64,000 bases of DNA from Chlamydiales bacterium (GCA_016213235.1 JACRBE010000043.1:18407-82406); one strand, 5' to 3'; positions 29,751-40,405 are shown, counted from the stretch's first letter. Made by a program: numbers and translations. The notes: generated by a model from the letters alone, not told the origin.

Positions 29751-30593
29751 CTATTCAATTAAGGAAGAAAAAGCGAGTTCTTGCCCATTTAAAGCATTCC
29801 AATAGGAGGTATGGATAGACCCATCGGGGTTTTGTACGGTAATACTACAAATAGGTAAATAGACCATGATGGTATTTCTAATAGCAAAATCTTGCCCAAA
29901 GGCAGCATATGCAATTTTTTTGATTTGATTGGCAGAAAATCTTTTCTGGAGACATTTTCCATTCTGTAACTGTTTTGTGACTAATCTATCTGCAATATGA
30001 GTTTCCGGAACGACATTGATTTTAGGGGATTGTAGGTGAAGTCTATATTGATTGCCGCTTTGTACAATGAGCTTCTTTTTTCTGCAATTATCAATCCAGG
30101 CATCTAATATATCGTTTTCTATATTAAGCGCTTTAGAGAGGCCTTCTCGATCAATAGCCCCTCCTCGTCTAGCAAGAAGATTTAAAATCTTAAATTCGCT
30201 TTTATCAACCCCCGCTTTGATGCAGTCTTGAAAACCATGGGTTTTGTCCCAGCTTCTGGTACTGGTTACCATTTCACCATCGATAAGATCCCACAAAATA
30301 ATTCCTTCACCGGTATATAAATTGTTAGAAGTCGTATATTTTACTTCTAATAATAAATAAGGATAAAATTTAACTTCTGGGGTTAAAAAACGGTGGTCTT
30401 CATCTTTTAATAATTCTTTTTCATGGGATTCCATGATTTGTTCAGGAGTATAACGGGCTTCTAATGTATGAACTTTTCCGGCGTTAGCAAATTGGGTGAT
30501 TTTACTTTTCAGCTGAGGCTTTTTCTTTTGAATGTAGTAGCTACTGCCGCCAATTACAATCCCTATAAGCAATAACCAATATACTAAACGCAT
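29751..30593 (-). CDS. Conserved chlamydial hypothetical membrane-anchored protein
   Basis: N-terminal TM; TLEARYTPEQIME and PYLLLEVKY...EGIILW motifs recalled from Chlamydiota hypotheticals. Confidence 0.7.
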   Translation of the reverse strand: MRLVYWLLLIGIVIGGSSYYIQKKKPQLKSKITQFANAGKVHTLEARYTPEQIMESHEKELLKDEDHRFLTPEVKFYPYLLLEVKYTTSNNLYTGEGIILWDLIDGEMVTSTRSWDKTHGFQDCIKAGVDKSEFKILNLLARRGGAIDREGLSKALNIENDILDAWIDNCRKKKLIVQSGNQYRLHLQSPKINVVPETHIADRLVTKQLQNGKCLQKRFSANQIKKIAYAAFGQDFAIRNTIMVYLPICSITVQNPDGSIHTSYWNALNGQELAFSSLIE

Positions 30594-30780
30594 CTAATAC
30601 TCACTTTAAATTATCTAGTATTTTTTTTATCAAAAAAAAGAATTGTTATAAAGCTGAAACTAAAAGAACTATCCGATCTTCCACATCAACCATGGTTAAT
30701 TCGATAAAATCTATCAAAGCTGCTGAGGGAGTGTGCAGTGCAAATTAGACGCCAATTCAAAGCATTCCTCAGCCTCTCGG

Positions 30781-30877
30781 TTGAGGCAAAATGAGGCAAA
30801 TAAGGCAAAAAATGTGTGAATTTCATATTTTATTTGACTCATTTGCCTCGTTTGAGGCATAATGAGGCTAAATGAGG
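30781..30877 (+). promoter_or_regulatory. 10-bp-phased TGAGGCA repeat array overlapping a sigma70-type promoter
   Basis: TGAGGCAAA at 30782 and 30792, TAAGGCAAA 30801, inverted copies ~30835-30849, TGAGGCATA 30853, TGAGGCTAA 30863, TGAGG 30873. TTGACT (30834)-N18-CATAAT (30858). Confidence 0.65.
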
Positions 30878-30884
30878 AGAGCAT

Positions 30885-32249
30885 ATGAGTGAAATGCGTC
30901 ACCCGGAGTCAGAGTCCGTCTTGTTGGAATTTAAAAGAGAAATTCCAAAAAATGAACAAATCATTAAAACAATCATAGGCTTTTGCAACCAAAAAGGTGG
31001 AAGACTGATAATCGGCGTTGATGATGATCGGGCAATAGTAGGGCTTCCTGAAGATCAAATAAACAAACTCCTTGAATCATTAGATCATTCTATTTACGAG
31101 GCGTGCTATCCACCCATTATTCCTTTGCTATCCACTCAAGTGTTCGGAGATAAGACCGTAGTAATTATTGCCATATCATCGGGAATGAGCAAACCCTACT
31201 TTAGAAAGTCTGAAGGGATAGAGAAAGGAACCTATATTCGCATAGGCCGGAGTACTGTACATGCCACCCCTGCTATGATTGAAGAACTCAAATGGCAATC
31301 ACGCAGAATAGATTTTGAAACACTTCCGGTCTATAACGCCTCTCTTGATAACCTGGACAATCGATTAATCCAAAGTTTTCTCGATCATAGAAAGAATCAA
31401 GCCTCTGCGCCTGTGACACAAGAGGTCCTGCGTTCCTATTCTTTGGTTGTTGAGGAACATTCCGAGCTTTTTCCTACTTATGCGGGTCTATTGAATTTCG
31501 GAAAATCTCCCCAGTTTTTTCTATCAGAAGCCATGATCATTGTAAGTCACTTCCGTGGCATCGAAGGCAGGGATGCTATTGCTTCAATAGATTGTGAAGG
31601 GACTCTTTTAAATCAATTCCAGCAGGCACATCATTTTATTCTCAGTCGTCTTTCAAAGTCATTTTCAATTTCAGGGGTTATCAGAGATGAAAAATTGGAA
31701 ATTCCTGAGGTTGCATTTAGAGAGGCGTTGATAAATTTACTGGTTCATCGAAATTATCATATCAAGGCTCCCTCCAAAATTTCTATATACGATGATCGTT
31801 TGGAGATATTTAGTCCGGGCGGTTTTTCGGGTCCTATTGAACAAGACCAATTGTTAATGGGACTGACATATCTGCGTAATCCAGCTATATGTAAGATTTT
31901 TCGGGAAATGGGTCTTATTGAAAAAATGGGAACCGGATTCATTAATATTTTTAAAAGCTATGAAACTTGGGGACTTGAAAAACCTCAAATCATTGAAGGC
32001 GCAAATTTTGTAAAATGTATCTTACCAAGAGGCTCTTCTCAATTAAGTTCGGCAGAACATAAAACTGAAAAAGATATTTTAGCCCTATTCTATTCACAAA
32101 ATGAAATCACAACGCAAGACGTGGTCAATAAATTTTCTATTTCTCGCGCAACGGCACAAAGATGGCTTAATTCCCTTATAGAAAATCGATTGATTGAACG
32201 GATTGGAAGAACGCGAAATATAAGATACCGTAGAACAGCAAAAAATTGA
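30885..32249 (+). CDS. AlbA_2 (Schlafen-like) / HATPase_c_4 / winged-HTH protein
   Basis: ESVLLEFK...GFCNQKGGRLIIGVDD; REALINLLVHRNY...IFSPGG...RNPAI...IEKMGTG; C-terminal SRATAQRWLNSL...IERIG. Confidence 0.88.
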   Translation: MSEMRHPESESVLLEFKREIPKNEQIIKTIIGFCNQKGGRLIIGVDDDRAIVGLPEDQINKLLESLDHSIYEACYPPIIPLLSTQVFGDKTVVIIAISSGMSKPYFRKSEGIEKGTYIRIGRSTVHATPAMIEELKWQSRRIDFETLPVYNASLDNLDNRLIQSFLDHRKNQASAPVTQEVLRSYSLVVEEHSELFPTYAGLLNFGKSPQFFLSEAMIIVSHFRGIEGRDAIASIDCEGTLLNQFQQAHHFILSRLSKSFSISGVIRDEKLEIPEVAFREALINLLVHRNYHIKAPSKISIYDDRLEIFSPGGFSGPIEQDQLLMGLTYLRNPAICKIFREMGLIEKMGTGFINIFKSYETWGLEKPQIIEGANFVKCILPRGSSQLSSAEHKTEKDILALFYSQNEITTQDVVNKFSISRATAQRWLNSLIENRLIERIGRTRNIRYRRTAKN

Positions 32250-32500
32250 AATACTCTAAACAAAAAATGCTAAAGGACTTGTTTGGAACTATAGAACCCA
32301 TTCCTGGAGAATGTGTAGTTGAATGTGAAAGATTAATTCAGAACAGAGCTTATTATTTAGCTCATTCTAACATCAAGACCCTTGCACTTCTTGATCAGGG
32401 GTACTATTTTATAAATCCCTATGCAAGTCAAAATCCCCCAATTCTTCGGAAGAACCTTCTTTTGAATATATTGTCTGCATATTACATAAACTCCTTTTAG
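32246..32500 (+). CDS. Hypothetical ORF or gene fragment
   Basis: 84-aa ORF overlapping the upstream stop; no recognisable motif. Confidence 0.3.
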   Translation: MKYSKQKMLKDLFGTIEPIPGECVVECERLIQNRAYYLAHSNIKTLALLDQGYYFINPYASQNPPILRKNLLLNILSAYYINSF

Positions 32501-32728
32501 TTTATCTAAAAGCGACAACTACGCTGACATAGGGGGGGAAGCCAATTGCTCGACTAGTTATTGAACTAGAAAGTTCAGTCATAAATTATAATTTAATTTG
32601 TTTGGTTAATTTTTGTCGTTATTTTAATTTGACAACAAATTAAATTGCAATTGTTAAGTGTGTTTGTTGTTTGTTTTTTATTTCAAAAATAACAATTGTT
32701 TTGTAATATGGAAAAAACATGGGATTAT

Positions 32729-34543
32729 ATGACATCTATTATTCGAGTTTTATCCGATACGACCATCAATCAAATTGCAGCCGGAGAAGTAATTGAAAAT
32801 CCTGCCAGCGTTGTGAAAGAGCTGGTAGAAAATGCGATAGATGCAGGGTCTACGGAGATTTGCATAGAGTGTATAGGAGGAGGATTCCAGTTAATTAAAG
32901 TGGCTGATAATGGTAGTGGCATGGGCCATGACGATGCGATTTTATCTATTGAAAGGCATGCTACCTCAAAGATAAAAGAAATAGATGACTTGGAAAAAGT
33001 ATTTTCTATGGGATTTCGTGGAGAGGCGCTCTCTTCTATTGCTTCTATTTCTAAATTAATTATACACACATGCAAGGCAGATACGACCATGGGGACAAAG
33101 GTTACTTGCTATGGTGGTAAAATTATAGGCGTAGAAACTTCTCCCCGAAGAAATGGTACAACGATAGAAGTCTCTTCTTTATTTTATAATGTTCCTGCAA
33201 GAAAAAAATTTCAAAAGAGTGCAATAGCTGCGCAAATGGAAGTCACTAAAGTGATAGTGCACCTTGCTTTGGGGTTCCCTCATATTTCTTTTAAGTTAAT
33301 AGCAAATAATAAAGAGGTTGTTGCAGTGCAGGCCAAACAGGGAGTGCTCCAAACACAGGTGATAAATGCAGCAGAGCAGCTTTTAGGAGAGGAATTTACT
33401 AAACAGACATTAAAAGTGGAGTATCAAGGAGAGGGCATTAAAATAGTGGGACTAACAGGGCTGCCTACCTATGCAAAAAAAAATAAATCAGCGCAATATT
33501 TATATATCAATAATCGACATATTTTATCCTCGCTTGTTAGTAATGCTGTATTGGAGGCCTATGCTTTTGCAATAGATACAAAATCATTCCCTGTTTTTTT
33601 ATTACATTTATCTATTCCTGCACATGCGGTTGATGTGAACGTTCATCCTCAGAAAAAACAGGTGAGATTTCAAGACGAATTATTTATTCACACCTCAATC
33701 AAAGAGGCGGTAGACCAAACGTTTGGTAGCGTCGTTACAACTAGTAACATAGATACAACAACAAGACACCATACTGCGCCACTAGTAGAGCCATCAGTAC
33801 AAAAACACAACGTGCCTGATAATTGGCAACATCGATCTTCGTGGCATAAGCCTGCTCCATTCCCTGTAGGAGAACAACAAAATTTTGTCTCCATGCAGCA
33901 ACATATCTCTTTCTTATTGGTTCATGATAACATTGGATGGATTCATCCGCAGGAACTAAGTAGCTTCCAATCGGATGTTTTTGCTCTGTCAAATGAAACA
34001 GGAATTGTGCTAGTCGATTTAAAAGAGTTGCAAAGAACACTTTTTTATCACGAAAGTTATAGTAAAATAAAACAAAAACAAACCATGCAAGATATACAAC
34101 AGCTCATGTTTCCTATTGTCTTTGCATTTGATCGAGATAAAATAGAGTTGTTTTCCTTATATCAACAGTGGTTGATATTACTTGGTGTGAAAATACAGCT
34201 CCAAGGGTTAAAGGTTTTAGTTATTGGATTAAGCGACAGTTTATCTACAAATACATTAGAAGAGTATTTAGAGGAAGTAATCGATATCCTTGCACTTGGC
34301 AATGATGCAAGTAGTTTTACAGAGCAATGCATGCATAAACTTTGTCTGGCATTTATTCGATATGCTTGTTATAGAAACATAAAACAAGAGCAAGCTAGCG
34401 CTCTTGTGAGAAAATTTTTTGAAAAAAAATATACGAATTTTTCTCCTTTTAAAAAACCAATTTTTATTCATGTAGATGAAAATGGCATCGATAAATTATT
34501 CCAGTCGCATCAAAAAAGCATCTTCTCTTCTTGCGAGAAGTAA
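32729..34543 (+). CDS. mutL: DNA mismatch repair protein MutL
   Basis: NQIAAGEVIENPASVVKELVEN, GFRGEAL, VDVNVHPQK; start taken at MTSII. Confidence 0.95.
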   Translation: MTSIIRVLSDTTINQIAAGEVIENPASVVKELVENAIDAGSTEICIECIGGGFQLIKVADNGSGMGHDDAILSIERHATSKIKEIDDLEKVFSMGFRGEALSSIASISKLIIHTCKADTTMGTKVTCYGGKIIGVETSPRRNGTTIEVSSLFYNVPARKKFQKSAIAAQMEVTKVIVHLALGFPHISFKLIANNKEVVAVQAKQGVLQTQVINAAEQLLGEEFTKQTLKVEYQGEGIKIVGLTGLPTYAKKNKSAQYLYINNRHILSSLVSNAVLEAYAFAIDTKSFPVFLLHLSIPAHAVDVNVHPQKKQVRFQDELFIHTSIKEAVDQTFGSVVTTSNIDTTTRHHTAPLVEPSVQKHNVPDNWQHRSSWHKPAPFPVGEQQNFVSMQQHISFLLVHDNIGWIHPQELSSFQSDVFALSNETGIVLVDLKELQRTLFYHESYSKIKQKQTMQDIQQLMFPIVFAFDRDKIELFSLYQQWLILLGVKIQLQGLKVLVIGLSDSLSTNTLEEYLEEVIDILALGNDASSFTEQCMHKLCLAFIRYACYRNIKQEQASALVRKFFEKKYTNFSPFKKPIFIHVDENGIDKLFQSHQKSIFSSCEK

Positions 34544-35540
34544 AATAGATTTACTTTGGATTGAGGATGTCAAAGACATTTACTATTTTACAGGCGCCTC
34601 TGTTTCCAGAGGTATGTTATTTATTTTGCAAGAAGATGCATATCTTGCAGTAGATGGTAGATATTATGAACAAGTTAAAAGCAGCGTAGGTCTTCCTGTT
34701 ATATTAGATCAAAAAGATGGGGCGTATAATATCCTTTATGGTTTTCCTATAAAAAATATCGGTGTTGATTTTCAAACAATTACTATTCAGCGTTTTGAAA
34801 AAATGAAGCAATTATTTGCTGCTTGTTTTGTGGATGTGGGCATTGCCAGGCAATTAAGAATGATTAAGGATTCCCAGGAAATAACATATTTAAAAGATTC
34901 TGCAGCGCTGATTTGGGAAGGATATCAACATATTCTTCCTTTGATTGAAACGAATCAAACAGAATCGTTTATTGCCTGGCAGCTAGAGAAATTTGTACGG
35001 GAAAAAGGAGCTAGCGAGCTTGCTTTTGAGCCTATTATAGCATTTGGGAAAAACAGTGCATTCCCACATTATCGAGCAGGTAGCGGCATATTAGATAATC
35101 ATGATTGTGCGCTAATTGATATTGGTCTTAAAAAACATCAGTATTGTTCTGATATGACAAGGACTATTTTACTAAAAAATGCTTCTGCTAAATTAAAAGA
35201 GATCAATAGTATTGTGCTGGAATCGTATGAAAAAGCGGTGCAAGCATGTAAAATAGGGGTCCCTGTGCGCGACATAGATGCTGCTGCAAGAGAGTGTATA
35301 AAAGGTTATGGATATGGTGATTTTTTCCCACATTCGCTTGGGCATGGTATAGGCCTTGATGCACATGAAGCGCCGCTTCTTTCTTTTCGATCTGATGCTA
35401 GTGTAGTGATGGAAGAAAACATGGTATTTACCATTGAACCTGGTATCTATCTTCCTGGCATTGGGGGAATTAGATTTGAAAATACACTTGTTATGACAAA
35501 AGCAGGGCCGATAAGTTTTTTTCCTCATGACAATGATTAA
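34476..35540 (+). CDS. pepP: Xaa-Pro aminopeptidase (M24 family)
   Basis: YCSDMTRT, HSLGHGIGL, TIEPGIY, GIRFEN. Confidence 0.9.
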   Translation: MKMASINYSSRIKKASSLLARSKIDLLWIEDVKDIYYFTGASVSRGMLFILQEDAYLAVDGRYYEQVKSSVGLPVILDQKDGAYNILYGFPIKNIGVDFQTITIQRFEKMKQLFAACFVDVGIARQLRMIKDSQEITYLKDSAALIWEGYQHILPLIETNQTESFIAWQLEKFVREKGASELAFEPIIAFGKNSAFPHYRAGSGILDNHDCALIDIGLKKHQYCSDMTRTILLKNASAKLKEINSIVLESYEKAVQACKIGVPVRDIDAAARECIKGYGYGDFFPHSLGHGIGLDAHEAPLLSFRSDASVVMEENMVFTIEPGIYLPGIGGIRFENTLVMTKAGPISFFPHDND

Positions 35541-35585
35541 TAAAAATGCTAAAAGATAAAAATTGATAAATACACAGGGTATGGC

Positions 35586-38063
35586 ATGAGTTTGCGTTTT
35601 CGCATGTTTGTTATAATAGGTAGTGTATTTCTTTTAATATTTATTACAGCTCAATTAATCGAAAGCTATATCACAAAAAAATATATAGATATCTCCAAGC
35701 AAGAAATGATGGATGATATCAAAACAATGAATAACTTTAAGCAAGTAGAAACACAAAAATTTGTAGGACTTGTTTTAGACTATGAACAAGCAGAAACAAA
35801 TGCTTTGCTTAATCGTATTACAGAACATTCTTATTTAAGAGAGCGATATGGTCCAACTATAGGCAATTACAACACGCAAAATTGGCTCTCTTGCGCCATG
35901 TTACTTGGTACAAATAAAAGAATAGATTTGATTCAGGATATTAATGAAGGAAAAGTAGAAGCATTAATTATTTTGGATGAACCTCCTCCTAGAATGGCTA
36001 GAAAGATAGAATATGAGGGAGATGTCCCGTTGTTTGCAATGGAATCAGAACACATTCAAGGTCAGTGGAATGGGCCTTATGTGGGCGTGGGGTTTAATGT
36101 AGGAAGAGAATATCAGGATGAAATCCCCCCAACCATGGATCCAGCATTAATTCCTAGGCTGGGCGTGGAATATTACATGTTGTATTCGATTGAGGCTGTA
36201 ATGGAGATTAATGTTGAGGATTTAGAGAAAAAAATGAAGGAAATACAGCCTCAGCTTTTACGATTACAAGATGATTTTGGCTCTATTTATGCGCTGGAAG
36301 ATGTAGTACAGCAGTTATGTCAATCATTAAAAAATGCACGGGCATTTTTCTTGTCGAGACCTGATTTATTAGCAACACTAACATCAGATAACAAACAGAT
36401 TTGGTTGCAAAAAACAATGCCGGATTATTATGAGATACAACAAGCAGATATTAAACGATTGAAAGAAGAAACAATATTTATTGATATTCAAACTAGATAT
36501 AGACAAATTGAAATGATTTGGCAATATGCCACATTTATTGCAACGGGATTGTTTGATTTTTCCCCTTTTAATCCGGGAGCGCCAAGTGGTATAGCTCATA
36601 TTTTCATAGAAGGAAAATATGGGGAAATGATTTTTAAAAATGATGTGTTTTATTCCACTCCTATTGGGTGTATTCAGCACAATTGTAATACGACTAACAC
36701 GATGGGCGGTCTTGTACATATCGAAACCTTTTATGAACCAACTTCTCATCGATTGTTTTTTGGTAATACAGCTTCTTTAGTAGTGCAGGAGAAGGGAAAA
36801 GATAACCAAGTAATAGAAAGACAAGGATCATTAACTATTGGCATTAATGCGTCACGAATTTTGAAGAATTTGGCACTAGCAGCACATCGCACAGCATTTT
36901 TTGCTACAAACAATCAAATATTAAAAGGATTTAATGCAGAGGGCAAAGAAATATCGGAGTATTCTACACCGATACCAGTTGAGGAGCTGACGCGTCAAAA
37001 AACAGGTATTATTACAACAAAAAATGGGGAGGAATATTTCTTTTTGACATTGCAACCATTTGCAGATATAGATTTTTATTTCTTTTTATTAAATCCGCTA
37101 GATGAAGAATTTGCATTAATTAAAGCGTTAGATACTACTGCACAGCAAATTTTAATCAAAATCAAATGGCAAACACAAATCATTATTTTGGTGTCATTAT
37201 TATTAATAATTCTCATTGCAAGTATTATTTCCAAACATATTACAGCTCCATTGCTTTTATTGTCACAGGCCACTGCTAAAGTAAGAGAAGGTAAGCTAGA
37301 TGAAATATCATTGCCGCCGATGAAGAAAGACAAAAAAGATGAAGTAGATATGTTATATCAATCATTTTATCAGATGGTGGAAGGATTAAAAGAAAAAGAA
37401 AAAGTAAAAGGGGTGCTTAACAAGGTTGTATCGCCAAGCATTGCAGAAGAGATTTTAAAAGGAAATGTGCATTTAGGTGGTGAAGAAAAAGTTGTTACTG
37501 TTTTATTTGCTGATATTAGACATTTTACAGAATTATCTGAAAAGATGTTACCAAATGAAGTTATTAAGATGCTGAATGATTGTATGACAAAGATTTCTTC
37601 TGTGATCGATCAATATGAAGGAGTAATTGATAAGTATGTTGGGGATGAAGTCATGGCGCTTTTTGGAGCTCCCTTAAGTAGTGAAAATAGCGCTGTAAAT
37701 GCGGTACTATGTGCTATAGAAATGGTAAAAGTCCTAGATGAATGGAATCAGCAAAGAACGAAAGAGGGGTTAAGGGGTATTAAAATGGGAATCGGTATCC
37801 ATACTGGTGTTGTAGTCGCAGGCAATATGGGTGCAGAAAATCGGTTGAATTATACCGTACTTGGATCAAATGTGAATTTAGCAGCAAGGCTGTGCTCTGT
37901 TTCAGGTGAGCAACAGGTGTTAATTTCTAAAGAGACATTGTCTCAGCCTTATGTGCGCGAAAAAGTTGATTATGAAGAATTACAGCCAATTGAATTAAAA
38001 GGTTTTTCAGAACCCATTGCTGTTTACCAAATAAAGGCAAAAAAAACACCCTATGTAAAATAG
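35586..38063 (+). CDS. Membrane-bound class III adenylate cyclase with HAMP domain
   Basis: TM, large extracytoplasmic domain, TM, HAMP; VLFADIRHFT, IDKYVGD, GIGIHTG, YTVLGSNVNLAARL. Confidence 0.9.
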   Translation: MSLRFRMFVIIGSVFLLIFITAQLIESYITKKYIDISKQEMMDDIKTMNNFKQVETQKFVGLVLDYEQAETNALLNRITEHSYLRERYGPTIGNYNTQNWLSCAMLLGTNKRIDLIQDINEGKVEALIILDEPPPRMARKIEYEGDVPLFAMESEHIQGQWNGPYVGVGFNVGREYQDEIPPTMDPALIPRLGVEYYMLYSIEAVMEINVEDLEKKMKEIQPQLLRLQDDFGSIYALEDVVQQLCQSLKNARAFFLSRPDLLATLTSDNKQIWLQKTMPDYYEIQQADIKRLKEETIFIDIQTRYRQIEMIWQYATFIATGLFDFSPFNPGAPSGIAHIFIEGKYGEMIFKNDVFYSTPIGCIQHNCNTTNTMGGLVHIETFYEPTSHRLFFGNTASLVVQEKGKDNQVIERQGSLTIGINASRILKNLALAAHRTAFFATNNQILKGFNAEGKEISEYSTPIPVEELTRQKTGIITTKNGEEYFFLTLQPFADIDFYFFLLNPLDEEFALIKALDTTAQQILIKIKWQTQIIILVSLLLIILIASIISKHITAPLLLLSQATAKVREGKLDEISLPPMKKDKKDEVDMLYQSFYQMVEGLKEKEKVKGVLNKVVSPSIAEEILKGNVHLGGEEKVVTVLFADIRHFTELSEKMLPNEVIKMLNDCMTKISSVIDQYEGVIDKYVGDEVMALFGAPLSSENSAVNAVLCAIEMVKVLDEWNQQRTKEGLRGIKMGIGIHTGVVVAGNMGAENRLNYTVLGSNVNLAARLCSVSGEQQVLISKETLSQPYVREKVDYEELQPIELKGFSEPIAVYQIKAKKTPYVK

Positions 38064-38069
38064 GGTGTT
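38045..38069. terminator. Terminator between convergent genes
   Basis: AACACCCTAT / ATAGGGTGTT stem; the upstream A-run gives a U-tract on the minus strand. Confidence 0.6.
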
Positions 38070-38093
38070 CATGTTGGTAAGAAGTGATATCTT

Positions 38094-38498
38094 TTACCCT
38101 CGGAACTCAATCGGAGATACTCCATTTGTCGTAGAGCTGGTAGTCGTGAAGTTTTGAAACATACTAGTATCTACACCAGTGCTAGCAGCCACTAAGTCGG
38201 TTGCTGAGTTGTTTGTTGCGCTTTTATTAGCATCAGATGTATCTAGTTGTGTGGTTATTTGTTGGTCTAATTCTTGTTCTTCTAATAATAGTAAAGCGTC
38301 TGATGAGCCATCGCCATGCCCATGTGTCATTCCAATGCTGTTTACGCTATCATCTGATTCTGAAGAAGTTGCGCCATGTGCATCATTAGCTGGAGCTGTT
38401 GTACCATCTGTAACATTAGTGTTATCTGATCCAGAGTGGTTGCCATGTTTAGTAGTAAAATCATACGAACTTGTTTCGGAACTTACTGATGAAACCAT
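38094..38498 (-). CDS. Ser/Thr/Asp-rich low-complexity protein (candidate effector)
   Basis: Start taken at MVSSVSS with a GGGGG RBS; largely disordered composition. Confidence 0.6.
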   Translation of the reverse strand: MVSSVSSETSSYDFTTKHGNHSGSDNTNVTDGTTAPANDAHGATSSESDDSVNSIGMTHGHGDGSSDALLLLEEQELDQQITTQLDTSDANKSATNNSATDLVAASTGVDTSMFQNFTTTSSTTNGVSPIEFRG

Positions 38499-38698
38499 TT
38501 TTTTCCCCCTTAAGTTAAAAAATGTGGGCCACTTGCATGAAGGCAAAGGTCCTCATAACCATTATAGCATATATTGAATTCTTATGGAATAAAAATCTTT
38601 ATATAACGTATTTCTTAAGTATTTGATTTTTAGGTTGTTACTTCTTTTTATGAAGAAGGTTGACTCTCTTTGGTTAATTTTGTTATTTTTATCCTTTT

Positions 38699-40405
38699 TT
38701 GTGGTCTAGTGAGGCACCAGTGAGAAAATCGTTCGCGTTCTATATATGGGTTGTTGTTCTTTTAATGAGTATTGGTATTTTTATTTGTTCTAAGGATTTA
38801 TCAAAGGTGGTAATCCGAGGCGCTATGAAAGTGGGCATGCTTAAACAGATTAGTCAGTTAGAGAAGACGGCAAGTATTGAAGAGATTATTATTCAATTAA
38901 GGCAGATTAGTAAGAAGAAAGGAGTGTCATTTACCGTATTAAAAAATACAGGAGAAATAGTGGATTACAGTGGTCCTATTGTAATACCAGATATGGTGAA
39001 GGTGATAAAGAAACACAAAGGATATGGTATTGATGGAGAGCGATTTTATACAGCAAGAGCATTTGAGTTAAGAGGAGAAAAGTTCATTATTTGTAATGGA
39101 ATAGATAAGAATATTGTCCAGGAATTAATTAAAGTATTTCAGTTTGTTTTTAATGCCTTTTCCATCGGAACTTTAGGAGTATTTTCTTTTATTCAAATAA
39201 TGGGGCTAAAATTTTTCTCTAGAAAACAATATAAGGTTCGATCGATAGCAAGGCAACTCATTAATAATGGATCCCAACATACAATAAATCAATTAAATGC
39301 GCTTGCGAAAGATGATACAGTTCAAGCATTAATTCACTTACATAAAAACAATGAAGAATTAATATTAAGAAATAAGACATTATATGAAGAAAAGACAGCG
39401 ATTATTGAATGTTTAGATGAAGGGGTAATTGTTTTAGATTCTATTGGAAGGATAAAAAATATCAATTTAAAGGCAACGCAGTTGCTTAAAATCATGTCCC
39501 TTGATTTTATTGGGAAGTATTTACAAGAGCTAATTAGAAACAACCCATCAGAACTAGGGGCTTTTTGTTTAGATTTAATGCATATCGCTAAAGAACAGGA
39601 TAACATTATTAAAGACTCTTATGAGGCAAAAGAATCTGAAGGAAAATTTTTTGAAATTATTGCTCAGCCGATTAAATCACAAAATGGATTTATTTTAATA
39701 TTACAAGATCATTCTAGTGATTATAAAGTGTTAAGCATGGGCAAGAATTTTGTAACGAATGCTTCTCATGAGTTAAGAACTCCTATTACTATTATTAAAG
39801 GTTTTACAGAGACTTTAAAAGATCTACCAGAAATTTCTGAAGATATGCTCATTGATATTACAGATAAAATATTACGTAATTGTCATCGTATGGCGTCTGT
39901 TGTAAAAAGTTTATTAGTGCTAGCAGATTTGGATTATTCTGGTAAAGCTAGTATGCAGCCATGCGATTTAGTAGGGCTTATAGAAAGCTGCTCTTATACG
40001 CTACTAAGTGCATTTCCGGATGTAAAAGTGGAAACGTTATTTAATGAGAAAGAACCTATTATTTGGGGAGATCCAGATTTACTTGAGCTTGCCATTATGA
40101 ACTTATTTGAGAATGCGGTTAAATATTCGGATGCTGCAGCTTATATTACCGTGACGGTAGAGTCCTTAAAAGATCATATTAACTTAAGCATTAAAGATCG
40201 AGGCATTGGTATTGCACAGAAAGATTTAAATCATATTTTTGAAAGGTTTTATACCGTTAACAAATCTCATTCAAGAAAATTGGGTGGAGCAGGACTTGGA
40301 CTTTCCATTGTAAAAACGATTATAGAAAAACATAATGCAAAGATTCATGTAGAATCCCCTGGTAGAGAGGGCTCTATTTTTACTATACAGTTTCCTAAAC
40401 AGTAG
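38699..40405 (+). CDS. Sensor histidine kinase (PhoR-like, PAS domain)
   Basis: Two TMs; NASHELRTPIT H-box; NLFENAVKYS, DRGIGI, IFERFY, GAGLGLSIVK. Confidence 0.92.
   Translation: MWSSEAPVRKSFAFYIWVVVLLMSIGIFICSKDLSKVVIRGAMKVGMLKQISQLEKTASIEEIIIQLRQISKKKGVSFTVLKNTGEIVDYSGPIVIPDMVKVIKKHKGYGIDGERFYTARAFELRGEKFIICNGIDKNIVQELIKVFQFVFNAFSIGTLGVFSFIQIMGLKFFSRKQYKVRSIARQLINNGSQHTINQLNALAKDDTVQALIHLHKNNEELILRNKTLYEEKTAIIECLDEGVIVLDSIGRIKNINLKATQLLKIMSLDFIGKYLQELIRNNPSELGAFCLDLMHIAKEQDNIIKDSYEAKESEGKFFEIIAQPIKSQNGFILILQDHSSDYKVLSMGKNFVTNASHELRTPITIIKGFTETLKDLPEISEDMLIDITDKILRNCHRMASVVKSLLVLADLDYSGKASMQPCDLVGLIESCSYTLLSAFPDVKVETLFNEKEPIIWGDPDLLELAIMNLFENAVKYSDAAAYITVTVESLKDHINLSIKDRGIGIAQKDLNHIFERFYTVNKSHSRKLGGAGLGLSIVKTIIEKHNAKIHVESPGREGSIFTIQFPKQ

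Noticed and set aside
30714-30902. 62-aa minus-strand ORF
   Set aside because: It runs through the repeat and promoter array of the AlbA_2 gene and has no coding signal.
29616-32600. tRNA-anchored integrative element
   Set aside because: No integrase, and no duplicated tRNA 3' end (att site) was found.
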